From Candidatus Doudnabacteria bacterium (GTDB lineage Bacteria; Patescibacteriota; Doudnabacteria; UBA920), in NCBI GenBank assembly GCA_963768175.1, contig CAVYGQ010000002.1:80284-144283 (forward strand): a stretch of 64,000 bases of DNA, given 5' to 3'. Below the pieces are notes generated by a model, which was not told the origin of the DNA, did no database searches, and saw only the letters and a program-made list of their open reading frames with translations. Of this stretch, positions 11,002 to 20,671 are shown piece after piece. The stretch's first letter is position 1, and every line of letters begins with the position of its first letter. Both the position numbers and the translations under genes were made by a program.

Positions 11002-11178
11002 ATGCCAACTCAAACCTACAACAACCGCAATATCCGCAAACTAATGAAAATGGCCGGCAAAAGCCTGGTCGTCAGCTTGCCTATTGAGTTCGTCAAGGAG
11101 CTGAAATGGAAACCCAAGCAAAAGGTGGTTATTGCTAAAAAAGGAAGGCATTTGACTATTAAGGATTGGAAAAAATAA
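11002..11178 (+). CDS. AbrB/MazE (SpoVT-AbrB swapped-hairpin) family small DNA-binding protein
   Basis: 58-aa ORF found by manual reading (below the track threshold): MPTQTYNNRNIRKLMKMAGKSLVVSLPIEFVKELKWKPKQKVVIAKKGRHLTIKDWKK; its stop overlaps the ATG of the next gene (TAATG). Confidence 0.55.
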   Translation: MPTQTYNNRNIRKLMKMAGKSLVVSLPIEFVKELKWKPKQKVVIAKKGRHLTIKDWKK

Positions 11179-13892
11179 TGCCCCTGTCCTGGAACGAAAT
11201 CAAAACCCGCGCTGTTGAATTTTCCAAAGAATGGGAAAATGAGAAGAGCGAAGATGCCGAAGCAAAGTCGTTTTGGGACGGCTTTTTTAATGTATTTGGC
11301 ATGACCCGCAGGCGTTTGGCAAGTTTTGAAGTGCCGGTCGCATTGCGCGACAAAAAGTTCGGCTATATTGACTTGTTTTGGAAGGGTATGTTAATGGTGG
11401 AGCACAAGTCCAAAGGAAAAAATTTGGACAGCGCCCTTGCCCAGGCCAAAGGTTATTTTGAAGGTATTAAGGAAGAGGATTTGCCTCGGTATATTGTTGT
11501 TTCGGACTTTGAAAGAATTAGGTTTTACGATTTGGAAACAGGCAAACATACGGAATTTGAGCTAAAAGATTTGCAAAAACATGTACAGCTGTTCGGATTC
11601 ATCGCTGGCTACCAAAAGCAGGAAATCCGCGAGCAGGATCCGGCCAACATTAAAGCCGCGGAATTAATGGCTGAACTGCACGACAGCATTTCTGAAGTCG
11701 GATATTATGGCCACCAGTTGGAAGTCTTTTTAGTCCGCATCTTGTTTTGTTTGTTTGCCGACGATACGGGAATTTTTTCCATTAAGGAACAGTTTTGGAA
11801 TTACGTAGAATGGAAATCTAAAGAGGACGGCTCGGATATGGGTTCGCTTTTGTCTATGCTTTTTCAAGTCCTAAATACCCCAAACGAAAAAAGACAGAAA
11901 ACTTTGGACGAAGAATTAACAAAATTTCCTTATGTAAACGGCGGCCTGTTTGCCGAAACCTTGCCGGTAGTCTCGTTTAACGGCGCGATGCGTAAAGCTC
12001 TTTTGGAATGTTGTAAATTTGACTGGTCAAATATCAGCCCCGCCATATTCGGCTCTATGTTCCAAGGAGTTATGGACAAAAAAGAGCGCCGGGCTTTGGG
12101 CGCGCATTACACTTCCGAAACCAATATTTTAAAGCTTATTAAGCCTTTATTTTTGGATGGACTTTGGGAAGAGTTTGAAAGCGTCAAACATAATAATCAA
12201 AAATTGCAGATTTTCCAAAAGAAAATCGCCGGTTTAAAATTTTTAGACCCTGCCTGCGGATGCGGCAATTTTTTGGTTATCGCATACCGCGAGCTACGGC
12301 TATTGGAGCTGGAAATTTTGAAGTTGCTTTATGGGCCGGGGAAAACAATCATCAAATTTAATATTCAAACAATTACCCAAGTTAGCCCGGAGCAGTTTTA
12401 TGGCATAGAAATAGGGGAGTTTGCCGGGCGCATAGCCGAAACCGCGATGTGGCTGGTGGATCACCAAATGAATCAACTGGCCAGCCAAGCTTTAGGCCAA
12501 TACTTTGTCCGCTTGCCATTAGATAAAGCGGCCCACATAAAAATTGGCAATGCTCTAACAACGGACTGGAAAGAAATAATCCAGCCTGAGGACTTAAATT
12601 ACATTTTAGGAAATCCTCCATTTATCGGTAAAAAAGAACAAACCAAGGAACAAAAAGCTGAACTGGAACTTATTTTTTCAGATGTCGAAGGCAGCAATGT
12701 GCTTGATTATGTTACATGCTGGTATCACAAAGCAGTTGAGTATATGAAAAATAATACTTTGATTCGGACAGCCTTTGTTTCGACAAATTCAATTACGCAA
12801 GGGGAACAAGTAGGTGTTTTTTGGAACTATTTATTAAAAAATAGTGTTGTGGTTCATTTTGCCCATAGGACTTTTGCATGGGGAAATGAAGCTAGGGGTA
12901 AGGCCGGCGTACATTGCGTAATAATAGGTTTTGGACTATTTGATATTAAAGATAAAAGACTTTTTGAGTACGAAAATGTAAAATCAGAACCACATGCAAC
13001 AAAAGTTTCTAACATAAATCCATATTTAGTCCCAGCTGAAAATATTTTGCTAAATCGTAGAAGTAAGCCATTGTCCCCAAAAACCGCAGAAGTCTCTTAT
13101 GGGAGTATGCCCATAGATGAGGGGCGGCTTATTTTATCAGCCGAACAGAAAGAACATTTGGTAAAAGATGAGCCAAAAGTAAAAAACTTCATTCGTCAGT
13201 ATATGGGCGGGGATGAATTTTTAAACAACATAAATCGTTATTGTTTGTGGCTAGTCGACTGCCCCCCAGAAATTTTAAGGCAAATGCCAAAGGTATTAGA
13301 ACTTGTAGAATCAAATCGTAAATATAGGGAATCAAGCGGGCGAGAAGCAACACGTCGTTTGGCAAAAAAACCAGGACTATTTGGAGAAATAAGACAACCA
13401 GAAAGCAATTATTTGCTCATTCCAAAAGTATCGTCGGAAAACAGAAATTATGTTCCTATAGGCTTTTGCACCCCTGAGATTATTGCGAGCGGAACGGCTT
13501 TAATAGTTGCTTCTGCGGGATTGTATGAGTTTGGAATTTTACAATCCTTAATGCATTTTGCTTGGATGAGTGCTGTCTGCGGAAGACTTGAGAGCCGTTT
13601 TGTTTATTCCGCTGGAATTGTTTACAACAATTTTCCATGGCCGGAAAATCCATCAGCGGACAAAGTTAAAGCTATAGAACAAGCCGCACAAAATGTTTTG
13701 GATGTTAGGTTAAAATATCCAACCAGTTCGCTTGCCGACCTATACGACCCGCTTACAATGCCTGCAGACCTTGTAAAAGCCCATCAAGATTTAGATAAAG
13801 CCGTAGATTCCGCCTATACCCGCAAAACCTTCGCCACCGACGCCGAGCGGTTGGAATTTTTGTTTGAGCTATATAAAAAATATACAAAATAA
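11166..13892 (+). CDS. MmeI-like type IIL restriction-modification enzyme (N-terminal PD-ExK nuclease fused to a gamma-class N6-adenine methyltransferase)
   Basis: About 905 aa; N-terminal IDLFWKGMLMVEHK gives D...ExK as in MmeI; methyltransferase motif I LDPACGCGNFLV and motif IV GNPPFIG; length matches the MmeI family. The real start is probably the ATG at 11178. Confidence 0.75.
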   Translation: MEKIMPLSWNEIKTRAVEFSKEWENEKSEDAEAKSFWDGFFNVFGMTRRRLASFEVPVALRDKKFGYIDLFWKGMLMVEHKSKGKNLDSALAQAKGYFEGIKEEDLPRYIVVSDFERIRFYDLETGKHTEFELKDLQKHVQLFGFIAGYQKQEIREQDPANIKAAELMAELHDSISEVGYYGHQLEVFLVRILFCLFADDTGIFSIKEQFWNYVEWKSKEDGSDMGSLLSMLFQVLNTPNEKRQKTLDEELTKFPYVNGGLFAETLPVVSFNGAMRKALLECCKFDWSNISPAIFGSMFQGVMDKKERRALGAHYTSETNILKLIKPLFLDGLWEEFESVKHNNQKLQIFQKKIAGLKFLDPACGCGNFLVIAYRELRLLELEILKLLYGPGKTIIKFNIQTITQVSPEQFYGIEIGEFAGRIAETAMWLVDHQMNQLASQALGQYFVRLPLDKAAHIKIGNALTTDWKEIIQPEDLNYILGNPPFIGKKEQTKEQKAELELIFSDVEGSNVLDYVTCWYHKAVEYMKNNTLIRTAFVSTNSITQGEQVGVFWNYLLKNSVVVHFAHRTFAWGNEARGKAGVHCVIIGFGLFDIKDKRLFEYENVKSEPHATKVSNINPYLVPAENILLNRRSKPLSPKTAEVSYGSMPIDEGRLILSAEQKEHLVKDEPKVKNFIRQYMGGDEFLNNINRYCLWLVDCPPEILRQMPKVLELVESNRKYRESSGREATRRLAKKPGLFGEIRQPESNYLLIPKVSSENRNYVPIGFCTPEIIASGTALIVASAGLYEFGILQSLMHFAWMSAVCGRLESRFVYSAGIVYNNFPWPENPSADKVKAIEQAAQNVLDVRLKYPTSSLADLYDPLTMPADLVKAHQDLDKAVDSAYTRKTFATDAERLEFLFELYKKYTK

Positions 13893-14060
13893 AAGACCGC
13901 AGCTATTTTGGCCGCGGCCCTTTTAAAGTTTTGATTTCATTTTGGATTTTTAATCTTTTATTCTCTGGTTTTTGGAGAGATTTTGTAAGCGTAAATATAG
14001 CAAGTACTATCATCTCCGCCGCCAGAACCACCCTTTACGCCTTTGTTAAGAAAGTATATC

Positions 14061-14249
14061 TCAATTTGTCTTACTATATCGGTATGTAGGGGAGTGTTCC
14101 AGTATATATTTGGTATAGTTTGGTCGAACTCCATGGCCGTTAATTAGTCTATCGTTTGGGTCGGCTGCTATGCCAATATAGAACTCCGAGTAGTATTGGC
14201 CATTTTTACCCATAAAGCTTTCAAAAGCTTCAATTATTGCTTGGCTCAT
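14061..14249 (-). CDS. small ORF, possibly a frameshifted remnant with a GIY-YIG-like half motif
   Basis: FYIGIAADPNDRLINGH resembles the YIG..R..H half of the GIY-YIG motif. A second overlapping frame (14134..13958) continues, so a frameshift is possible. Confidence 0.25.
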   Translation of the reverse strand: MSQAIIEAFESFMGKNGQYYSEFYIGIAADPNDRLINGHGVRPNYTKYILEHSPTYRYSKTN

Positions 14250-14283
14250 ATTGTTAAAGAACTGTTAATTATTAAGATTTATT

Positions 14284-14439
14284 TTACTTGCCGCGAGCCA
14301 TGAAATCTACTTCAACTTCTTCTTTTATCTTTTTGTGGGCATCAAAGCTCACCGGCTCGCCGTCTTTGGTCCTGAAAGCGACAGTAACAGGTTCTTTAAC
14401 GGCCTTTTCAGCCATAAACTTCACATGATGTTTATGCAT
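14284..14439 (-). CDS. small hypothetical protein (51 aa)
   Basis: Manual ORF MHKHHVKFMAEKAVKEPVTVAFRTKDGEPVSFDAHKKIKEEVEVDFMARGK; no recognisable homology. Confidence 0.25.
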   Translation of the reverse strand: MHKHHVKFMAEKAVKEPVTVAFRTKDGEPVSFDAHKKIKEEVEVDFMARGK

Positions 14440-14593
14440 GGTTTTTTGCTCCTTTCTTAGCAATATTAATAATAAAATTTTGGTTTCGGTCTTTTACGGC
14501 CTCCGCCATATTTATAATTATAAGCGAAATTCTGAAATCCGTCAAGTATTAAGGAGTTATTGCATTTATAAATTAAATATGTTAGCATAAAGT

Positions 14594-15253
14594 ATGCACA
14601 AAATCCAAGAAAAGCTGCTTGAGCTGTCAAAAACTGAAAATTTGGCTAAATTAAGTCTTAGGGATATGGCAAAAGCCATCGGCATGCCTTTAGAATCGCC
14701 TCAAAAAATTAAGCACCATTTATTGCAATTGCAAAAAAAGGGCTTTTTATCTATTGATAGAGCCAAGGGTGTTATGGAAAAGGCGGCATCTACCCCTGGT
14801 TGGGCAAAGGGACTACTTGAAAAATCTGCCAAGCTTTTTTCCATTCCCATTATTGGGATGGCGAACTGCGGGCCGGCAGAAATTTTTGCGGAACAAAATT
14901 TTCAGGGATTTTTAAAAGTTTCCAGTAAATTAATTCACAAATCCAAGCCGGATGGTCTTTATGCAATAAAAACAGACGGCTCGTCTATGAATAGGGCGAT
15001 TATTGGCGACAAAAGTTTAGAGGATGGTGATTATGCCATTGTTGATAGTAAAGATAGAAGCGTCGAGACTAATGATGTCGTTTTGGCAATCATAGACAAC
15101 AAAGCCACGATTAAACGATTTATAGACGATAAGAAAAATGGACAAGTGGTTTTAAAGGCCGACTTTTCATTTGACTACGAGCCAATTTATTTGCACCCCG
15201 ATGACGAATTTTTTATTAATGGCAAAGTTGTTGGGGTAATTAAAAACGGCTAA
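14594..15253 (+). CDS. LexA-like repressor (wHTH + S24 peptidase)
   Basis: 219 aa; N-terminal winged-helix region, linker IPIIGMANCGPAEI, peptidase motifs GSSM and KRF. Confidence 0.8.
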   Translation: MHKIQEKLLELSKTENLAKLSLRDMAKAIGMPLESPQKIKHHLLQLQKKGFLSIDRAKGVMEKAASTPGWAKGLLEKSAKLFSIPIIGMANCGPAEIFAEQNFQGFLKVSSKLIHKSKPDGLYAIKTDGSSMNRAIIGDKSLEDGDYAIVDSKDRSVETNDVVLAIIDNKATIKRFIDDKKNGQVVLKADFSFDYEPIYLHPDDEFFINGKVVGVIKNG

Positions 15254-15261
15254 GAATATTT

Positions 15262-16104
15262 ATGGAAAACAAAATAAGCCAAAAATCTTTAGTATCGTTT
15301 ATTGACGCAAGCGGGACGTTGGGCCCGAATGACAGGTATTTTGGAGTTGGTATGCTTACTGTTGAGTTACCAGGGCCCCTTACTGACAAATTACATCCGG
15401 TTTTCCAAAGAGTTATGGCAATTTCTCAAGCAAACCGAAATCAAGCAATAGAGGCACTTATAAAGGCTGACAGAAAAGACGAAGTTATTACTATGCTCAA
15501 ACAAAGCAAGCGTTTTGAACTGAAATTTGACCGCGTTACCCCAGTAAAATTTGAGCAATACAAAGAAATGATCAGGATTTTTTTAAATTATCCGGGAAAT
15601 CGTTTTGTGACCATGGTTGTAGACCGGCAACATCCCAGTTACGACAAAAACCATTTTAGTTCCACTTGGGAAGCTTATACCAGTTATGTAGCAGTTTTAG
15701 TCGCAAACGAGTTATCCCATCTTCCGAACAAGGAGATGTTTGTGGTATTGGATGAGCTTCCTAAACCTAAAATTATCTTGCAAAGTTTAGAAGAAGTGAT
15801 AATGCAAAAAGTTGATAAGCGATGTGGGGAAAAATATCCCAATGTAAAAATTTGTGAGTTTAAAAATGCAATTAGAATTGAAAGCCATTCTAACTTGCTA
15901 ATGCAACTTTGCGATGTCCTTTTGGGAGCGGTAACGTTTGACTACAAGCAGTCTTCGGGGAAACTTTCTGACAAGCTGCAGAATAGGAAGGAAGAGGTTG
16001 TAAAAATTTTGAGGCAAGGTTTAGCCCAGCCTCGGCTTGATAAGCCATTTAAAGTAGAAACGCCTGTTTACTTTCAAATATGGCATCCGGCATGGCACAA
16101 ATAA
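15262..16104 (+). CDS. DUF3800-like protein
   Basis: 280 aa; N-terminal FIDASG (the DES-type motif of that family) and C-terminal QLCD (the QxxD motif), as I recall them for DUF3800; starts 9 nt after the LexA-like gene. Confidence 0.45.
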   Translation: MENKISQKSLVSFIDASGTLGPNDRYFGVGMLTVELPGPLTDKLHPVFQRVMAISQANRNQAIEALIKADRKDEVITMLKQSKRFELKFDRVTPVKFEQYKEMIRIFLNYPGNRFVTMVVDRQHPSYDKNHFSSTWEAYTSYVAVLVANELSHLPNKEMFVVLDELPKPKIILQSLEEVIMQKVDKRCGEKYPNVKICEFKNAIRIESHSNLLMQLCDVLLGAVTFDYKQSSGKLSDKLQNRKEEVVKILRQGLAQPRLDKPFKVETPVYFQIWHPAWHK

Positions 16105-16144
16105 AAAAAGGGGAGAGCGACAAGTAACCGCGTCCCCTTTACTT
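16105..16144 (+). terminator. terminator-like hairpin
   Basis: AAAGGGGAG ... TCCCCTTT stem with a following T run. Confidence 0.5.
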
Positions 16145-16173
16145 TAAATAAATTTTGAAATCCGGTAGGCCTA

Positions 16174-16845
16174 ATGCCTACATACATAGTGTATAATGTT
16201 CGTTCACCTTTGTCAAGCGCACTAAATTATAAATTGTCCACAAGGCTTAAAACCATGTCCGAAGAAGATAGCCAAAATTTATCCGCAGATATGCCAACTA
16301 ATCCGCTTTCGGAGCCGGTTGATTCAGCTTCTGCGGAAATTCCCGTTACATCTCCATCTGATGATAATGTAAAGCCGGCGGGCGATGCCGCTGATTTGCC
16401 AGCCGATGGCGCGCCTGTAACAATACCAACAAGCCAAGACGGCGCTGCGGTTGAGCCCGCGCCTTTGAATAATAATCAGCCTGATGCAGGCAGTGAGCCG
16501 GCAAGCCTTCCGACCCAGCCTTCAGTAGGGCAAACTTCCCAGCCTACAGCTCCTCAAACTTCACCGGCTTCTTTCGTCGCCTCGCGGTTTGCGGAAGGAA
16601 TGCACAACTGGAAACAGCATTTGCTGGAAGCGCTGGCAAAAAAACAGCAGCGCAAGCAGGAAGAGCAAATTCAGGTTTTGGCTTTGGCCGAAAAGCACAA
16701 CGGCAGCGTTACTAATAAACAAGTTCAAACAGCCTTGCGTTGCACCGAGCTTACCGCTTACAGGTATTTATCGTCTTTGGAAAAGCAAGGCAAGCTTAAA
16801 AGAGTTGGCGGACACAACACGCCGAAGTATGAATTGGTAAAGTAA
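16174..16845 (+). CDS. hypothetical protein with a Pro/Asp-rich N-terminal region and a C-terminal winged-helix DNA-binding domain
   Basis: C-terminal LALAEKHNGSVTNKQVQTALRCTELTAYRYLSSLEKQGKLKRV; the probable true start is the internal Met at about 16255. Confidence 0.45.
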   Translation: MPTYIVYNVRSPLSSALNYKLSTRLKTMSEEDSQNLSADMPTNPLSEPVDSASAEIPVTSPSDDNVKPAGDAADLPADGAPVTIPTSQDGAAVEPAPLNNNQPDAGSEPASLPTQPSVGQTSQPTAPQTSPASFVASRFAEGMHNWKQHLLEALAKKQQRKQEEQIQVLALAEKHNGSVTNKQVQTALRCTELTAYRYLSSLEKQGKLKRVGGHNTPKYELVK

Positions 16846-16867
16846 GGTTATATAATCTATTCTATAA

Positions 16868-16918
16868 TAAAACCGCCTCTTACCCGCTAGTTGGCGGATT
16901 ACTCGGGGGCGGTTTTAT
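16868..16918. terminator. bidirectional terminator-like hairpins between convergent genes
   Basis: AAAACCGCC ... GGCGGTTTT palindrome. Confidence 0.4.
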
Positions 16919-16936
16919 AAATATTGGGCTTGAGTT

Positions 16937-17878
16937 TTAAAAGAATTTGTAACCAATCATCTTATAAACCAGTTTGGCGGCCAGAAAATCAGGATGATGC
17001 AAATTTTTGACGGGAGCAAGCTCCACCACATCCGCGCCCAAGACAGTTTTGGATTTATAGACGGCTTTTAAGATTTCCAAGGTCGGCCACCACAGCAGGC
17101 CGCCGGGTTCGGGAGTGCCGGTGGACGGCATTATGGAAGGGTCAAACGCGTCCAGGTCAAAACTGATAAAAACATTGCGGGTAGGGATGGCGCGGACCAC
17201 GTCAACCGGAGAAAATTTGTCCCAAGCCCAAAAAGTTTTTATTTTGTCGCGATATTTTTTGCGGAAAGCCATTTCGCCGTTTTGGTCGCTGAGGCTGCGG
17301 ACGCCGACCTGTACCAATTTGGCAACGGGATACTTTGACAAGACCTGGCTCATTACCGCGCCGTGGCTGTAGGCCGAGCCGATGTAGTAATCAAGCCGCG
17401 TATCCGAATGTGCGTCAAAATGCAGGACCGTAAAGTTTTTGTATTTTCTGCATAGGCCTTTAACCGTGCCTTGGGTTAAGGAATGCTCCCCGCCCAAAAC
17501 CACCGGAAATTTTTTATCGGCAACAACCTTGCTAACATGCTTTGCCAAGAGTTCAATTGCGGGTTTTTGTTGTTTTGGGATCCTTGGCTCTTTAAGCGTG
17601 GCAATGCCGCAGCGGAAAAAAGGTTTTAATGCCCGCTCGTCCAAAATTTCCATATAGTGGCTGGCGTCAATAATTGCCTTGGGCCCGTTTTTTGTGCCAC
17701 GGCCGTAAGAAACCGTATTTTCCAGGCCAAAAGGAATAACCGCCGCCTTGGCTTTGCCGTAGGGGACTTGGAAACCTTTTCCCTGGTTTATTCCCAAAAA
17801 GCCATTTTTCATTGTTGAAAATTTCATAAATGGTTGTTGCTTATTGCATTGAAAATTTATCAAGGTTAATCTCGGCAT
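16937..17878 (-). CDS. arginase/agmatinase family ureohydrolase
   Basis: FDAHSDTR and [10 protein letters not shown] metal-binding motifs, GGEHS; the true start is probably the internal Met near 17827. Confidence 0.85.
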   Translation of the reverse strand: MPRLTLINFQCNKQQPFMKFSTMKNGFLGINQGKGFQVPYGKAKAAVIPFGLENTVSYGRGTKNGPKAIIDASHYMEILDERALKPFFRCGIATLKEPRIPKQQKPAIELLAKHVSKVVADKKFPVVLGGEHSLTQGTVKGLCRKYKNFTVLHFDAHSDTRLDYYIGSAYSHGAVMSQVLSKYPVAKLVQVGVRSLSDQNGEMAFRKKYRDKIKTFWAWDKFSPVDVVRAIPTRNVFISFDLDAFDPSIMPSTGTPEPGGLLWWPTLEILKAVYKSKTVLGADVVELAPVKNLHHPDFLAAKLVYKMIGYKFF

Positions 17879-18518
17879 AACTTTTGGCTATCTGGTCCGC
17901 GTCCTTTAGCAATGCCGCGTCGTGAGTGGTGGTTAAGGCAATGCATTTCATGCCCGCATTTTTGGCAGCCATTACCCCGTTGACCGCGTCTTCTATTACC
18001 AAACAATTTTCCGGCGCCTCGCCTAGTTGCCGGGCGGCGTGCAAAAAAATATCTGGCGCGGGTTTGGAAACGTTGTTTACGTCTTTTAAGAAATACACGT
18101 GTCCGCCGAATAGGTCAGTTAAATGCAGCTGGCCGTCGGCAATCCGGAATAATTCCAAAACCGAAGAAGTGGCAATGGCCGTTTTATAGCGGTTCTTAAT
18201 GCCGGCAAAAAAATCCAAAAATCCCGGAACAAAAGCTACCTCGCGGTAATATTTTTTAATTACGGCTAGGCGCCCATCGGCCAGCTCCGCGGTTTTGCCG
18301 CCAAAGCCGTAAAGTTTCTGCATTACCTTAATGCCTTGGTCCAGCGGCTTGCCGGTAAGCAAATGGCGGTATTTTTCCGGCTCGTCCGTGACGCCGTGCT
18401 TGGAAAAAAATTCGCGGTCGCCCTGTTCGTAAAGCGGTTCGGTGTTTATAACTACGCCGTCGGCATCAAAAATAACGGCTTTAAATGGGCGATATTTATC
18501 GGTTATTTTATTAACCAT
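17841..18518 (-). CDS. HAD-IA family hydrolase (beta-phosphoglucomutase-like)
   Basis: [15 protein letters not shown] (DxDG motif I); 225 aa. Confidence 0.8.
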   Translation of the reverse strand: MVNKITDKYRPFKAVIFDADGVVINTEPLYEQGDREFFSKHGVTDEPEKYRHLLTGKPLDQGIKVMQKLYGFGGKTAELADGRLAVIKKYYREVAFVPGFLDFFAGIKNRYKTAIATSSVLELFRIADGQLHLTDLFGGHVYFLKDVNNVSKPAPDIFLHAARQLGEAPENCLVIEDAVNGVMAAKNAGMKCIALTTTHDAALLKDADQIAKSYAEINLDKFSMQ

Positions 18519-18592
18519 ACCTTATTTTAGCAGAAAGCTCGGATTTATGCTATAATTAAAATAGATAGATTTTTTCTTAAATTTTACATTGA

Positions 18593-19693
18593 ATGTTAGC
18601 AGAAATTAGAGACAGTATTATAGGCTGGCTTTATCGCAGTATTTTAAAGCCGGTTTTCTTTTTGTTTGACCCCGAAAGAATCCATGACCGGATGATTTTG
18701 ACGGGTAAAATTTTAGGCAGTAATCCCATAACCCGCGGGTTAACGGGCTTGATGTTTGGCTACCAAAATCCGATGCTGGAGCAGAATCTTGCGGGGATAA
18801 AGTTTAAAAATCCGGTCGGGCTGGCCGCGGGATTTGACAAGGAGGCGCATATAGGGGCAATTTTGCCCGGCGTGGGCTTTGGTTTTGAAGAAGCCGGCTC
18901 GATTACCGCCCTGCCGTTTGAAGGCAACCCGCGTCCGTGGATGTGGCGGCTGCCCGAATATAAGGCATTAAGGGTTAACTATGGCTTAAAGAGTTCCGGC
19001 GCGCCGAATGTCCATAAATTTCTTTTGGGGAAGAAGTTTGATTTTGCCTTGGGCCTCAGCCTGGCCAAAACCAACTCCAAGGCCACGTCCGAGGTGCCGG
19101 CGGGCATTGAGGACTATTTTATCAGCTATAAAATATTTCAGGACATTGGCGATTATTTTACCATTAACATCAGCTGTCCCAATACTTGCGAGGCCAGCCC
19201 GATTTTTGCCCAGCCCGAAAATTTTGATTTGCTTTTAGCCAAGCTTTTTTCCATTTCCAAAAGCAAGCCGGTGTTTGTGAAGCTGTCGCCCGATTTGGAG
19301 GAGGGCCAGCTAACGGGAATTTTGGAAATCGGGAATAAGTATCCGCTGGATGGTTTTATTTGCACCAATTTAACCAAGAATAACGTTTTTAACCATGAAG
19401 GCAATGGCGGGTTTTCCGGTAAGGCCGTGGAGGAGCTGTCCAATCAAATGTTATCAAAGGTTTACAGGTTTTACGGCGGCAAAAAAATTATTATCGGCTG
19501 CGGCGGAGTATTTTCCGCCGAGGATGCCTACAAAAAAATCAAGCTGGGAGCCTCCCTTATTCAATTAATTACCGGAATGATTTACGAGGGTCCGCAGTTA
19601 ATAGGCGAAATTAACAGGGGTTTAGTAAAACTTCTCAAAAAGGACGGTTATAAAAACATTTCCGAAGCGGTTGGTGTGGACATAAAGGCGTAG
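18593..19693 (+). CDS. pyrD: dihydroorotate dehydrogenase (quinone type, family 2)
   Basis: NPVGLAAGFDKEAH, NISCPNT and GCGGVFSAEDAYKKI motifs. Confidence 0.85.
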   Translation: MLAEIRDSIIGWLYRSILKPVFFLFDPERIHDRMILTGKILGSNPITRGLTGLMFGYQNPMLEQNLAGIKFKNPVGLAAGFDKEAHIGAILPGVGFGFEEAGSITALPFEGNPRPWMWRLPEYKALRVNYGLKSSGAPNVHKFLLGKKFDFALGLSLAKTNSKATSEVPAGIEDYFISYKIFQDIGDYFTINISCPNTCEASPIFAQPENFDLLLAKLFSISKSKPVFVKLSPDLEEGQLTGILEIGNKYPLDGFICTNLTKNNVFNHEGNGGFSGKAVEELSNQMLSKVYRFYGGKKIIIGCGGVFSAEDAYKKIKLGASLIQLITGMIYEGPQLIGEINRGLVKLLKKDGYKNISEAVGVDIKA

Positions 19694-19712
19694 TCGTGTT
19701 ATTATTGACAAC

Positions 19713-20516
19713 ATGGAAAATATTATTGAAGTAAAAAATTTGAGTAAGAAATTCGGTGACTTTGTTGCCGTAAATAATATTTCTTTTGAGGTTAAAAAAG
19801 GGGAAATTTTTGCTTTTTTAGGGCCAAACGGCGCGGGGAAGTCCACGACCATAAAAATGCTTACCACTTTGCTTAATCTCACTTCCGGCAGCATAGAGTT
19901 AAACGGTCATAACCCCGTAAAAAATTCCAATGCGGTGCGACATTCGTTTGGCATTGTTTTTCAGGACCCCAGCCTGGATGATGAATTAACGGCCTGGGAA
20001 AACATGGAATTTCACGGCGTGCTTTACGGCGTGGAGAAAAGCTTGCGCCGCAAGAGAATCCAGGAACTAATGAATTTTGTCGAACTTTGGGACAGAAAGG
20101 ACAGCTTGGTTAAAGAGTTTTCCGGCGGCATGAAGCGCCGTTTGGAAATCGCGCGCGGCCTTTTGCACCATCCTAAGGTTTTATTTTTGGATGAGCCGAC
20201 TTTGGGGTTGGATCCTCAAACCCGCAACCACATGTGGACGTATTTGCAGGAGCTGAACAAAAGCGAAGGCATTACCGTATTTTTTACCACGCATTATATG
20301 GAAGAGGCCAGCCGCATTGCCCAGCGCATTGCCATTATTGACCACGGGAAAATTATTGCTACCGGCTCTTCCGAGCAGCTGCAGCAGCAGACCCAGACCG
20401 ATTCTTTGGAAGACGCGTTTTTAAAGCTTACGGGCGACGTGATCCGCGACCAGGATGCCAGCGCCACCGACCGGCTGCGGACGCGCAGGCAGCAGCGGGG
20501 CGGAAATAGGAGATAA
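19713..20516 (+). CDS. ABC transporter ATP-binding protein
   Basis: Walker A GPNGAGKST, signature FSGGMKRRLEIA, Walker B LFLDEPTLGLDP. Confidence 0.9.
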   Translation: MENIIEVKNLSKKFGDFVAVNNISFEVKKGEIFAFLGPNGAGKSTTIKMLTTLLNLTSGSIELNGHNPVKNSNAVRHSFGIVFQDPSLDDELTAWENMEFHGVLYGVEKSLRRKRIQELMNFVELWDRKDSLVKEFSGGMKRRLEIARGLLHHPKVLFLDEPTLGLDPQTRNHMWTYLQELNKSEGITVFFTTHYMEEASRIAQRIAIIDHGKIIATGSSEQLQQQTQTDSLEDAFLKLTGDVIRDQDASATDRLRTRRQQRGGNRR

Positions 20517-20524
20517 AATTCGAA

Positions 20525-20665
20525 ATCCAAATATCGAAATTCGAAACAATATCTAAATTATAAATTAGAAATTCAAAATCTAGGGTTTAGAACATTTAAA
20601 TTTAGATATTGGAATTTGTTTCGTATTTAGTGCTTCGAATTTCGAATTTGATAATTATTTAGTTT
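20525..20665. repeat. AT-rich imperfect palindrome between the ABC ATPase and permease genes
   Basis: CGAAATTCGAAACAATATCTAAATT ... AAATTTAGATATTGGAATTTGTTTCG...TTCGAATTTCGAATTT; about 140 bp with symmetric arms. Confidence 0.4.
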
Positions 20666-20671
20666 TTACTT

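Noticed and set aside
14061-14249. Functional GIY-YIG nuclease
   Set aside because: Only the second half-motif (YIGIAADPNDRLINGH) is present. The GIY half is missing or too close (3 residues instead of about 10), and the ORF appears frameshifted.
16589-16840. 83-aa ORF overlapping the 3' end of 16174-16845 in another frame
   Set aside because: It is entirely embedded in a better-supported ORF, and the composition bias of the host gene explains it.
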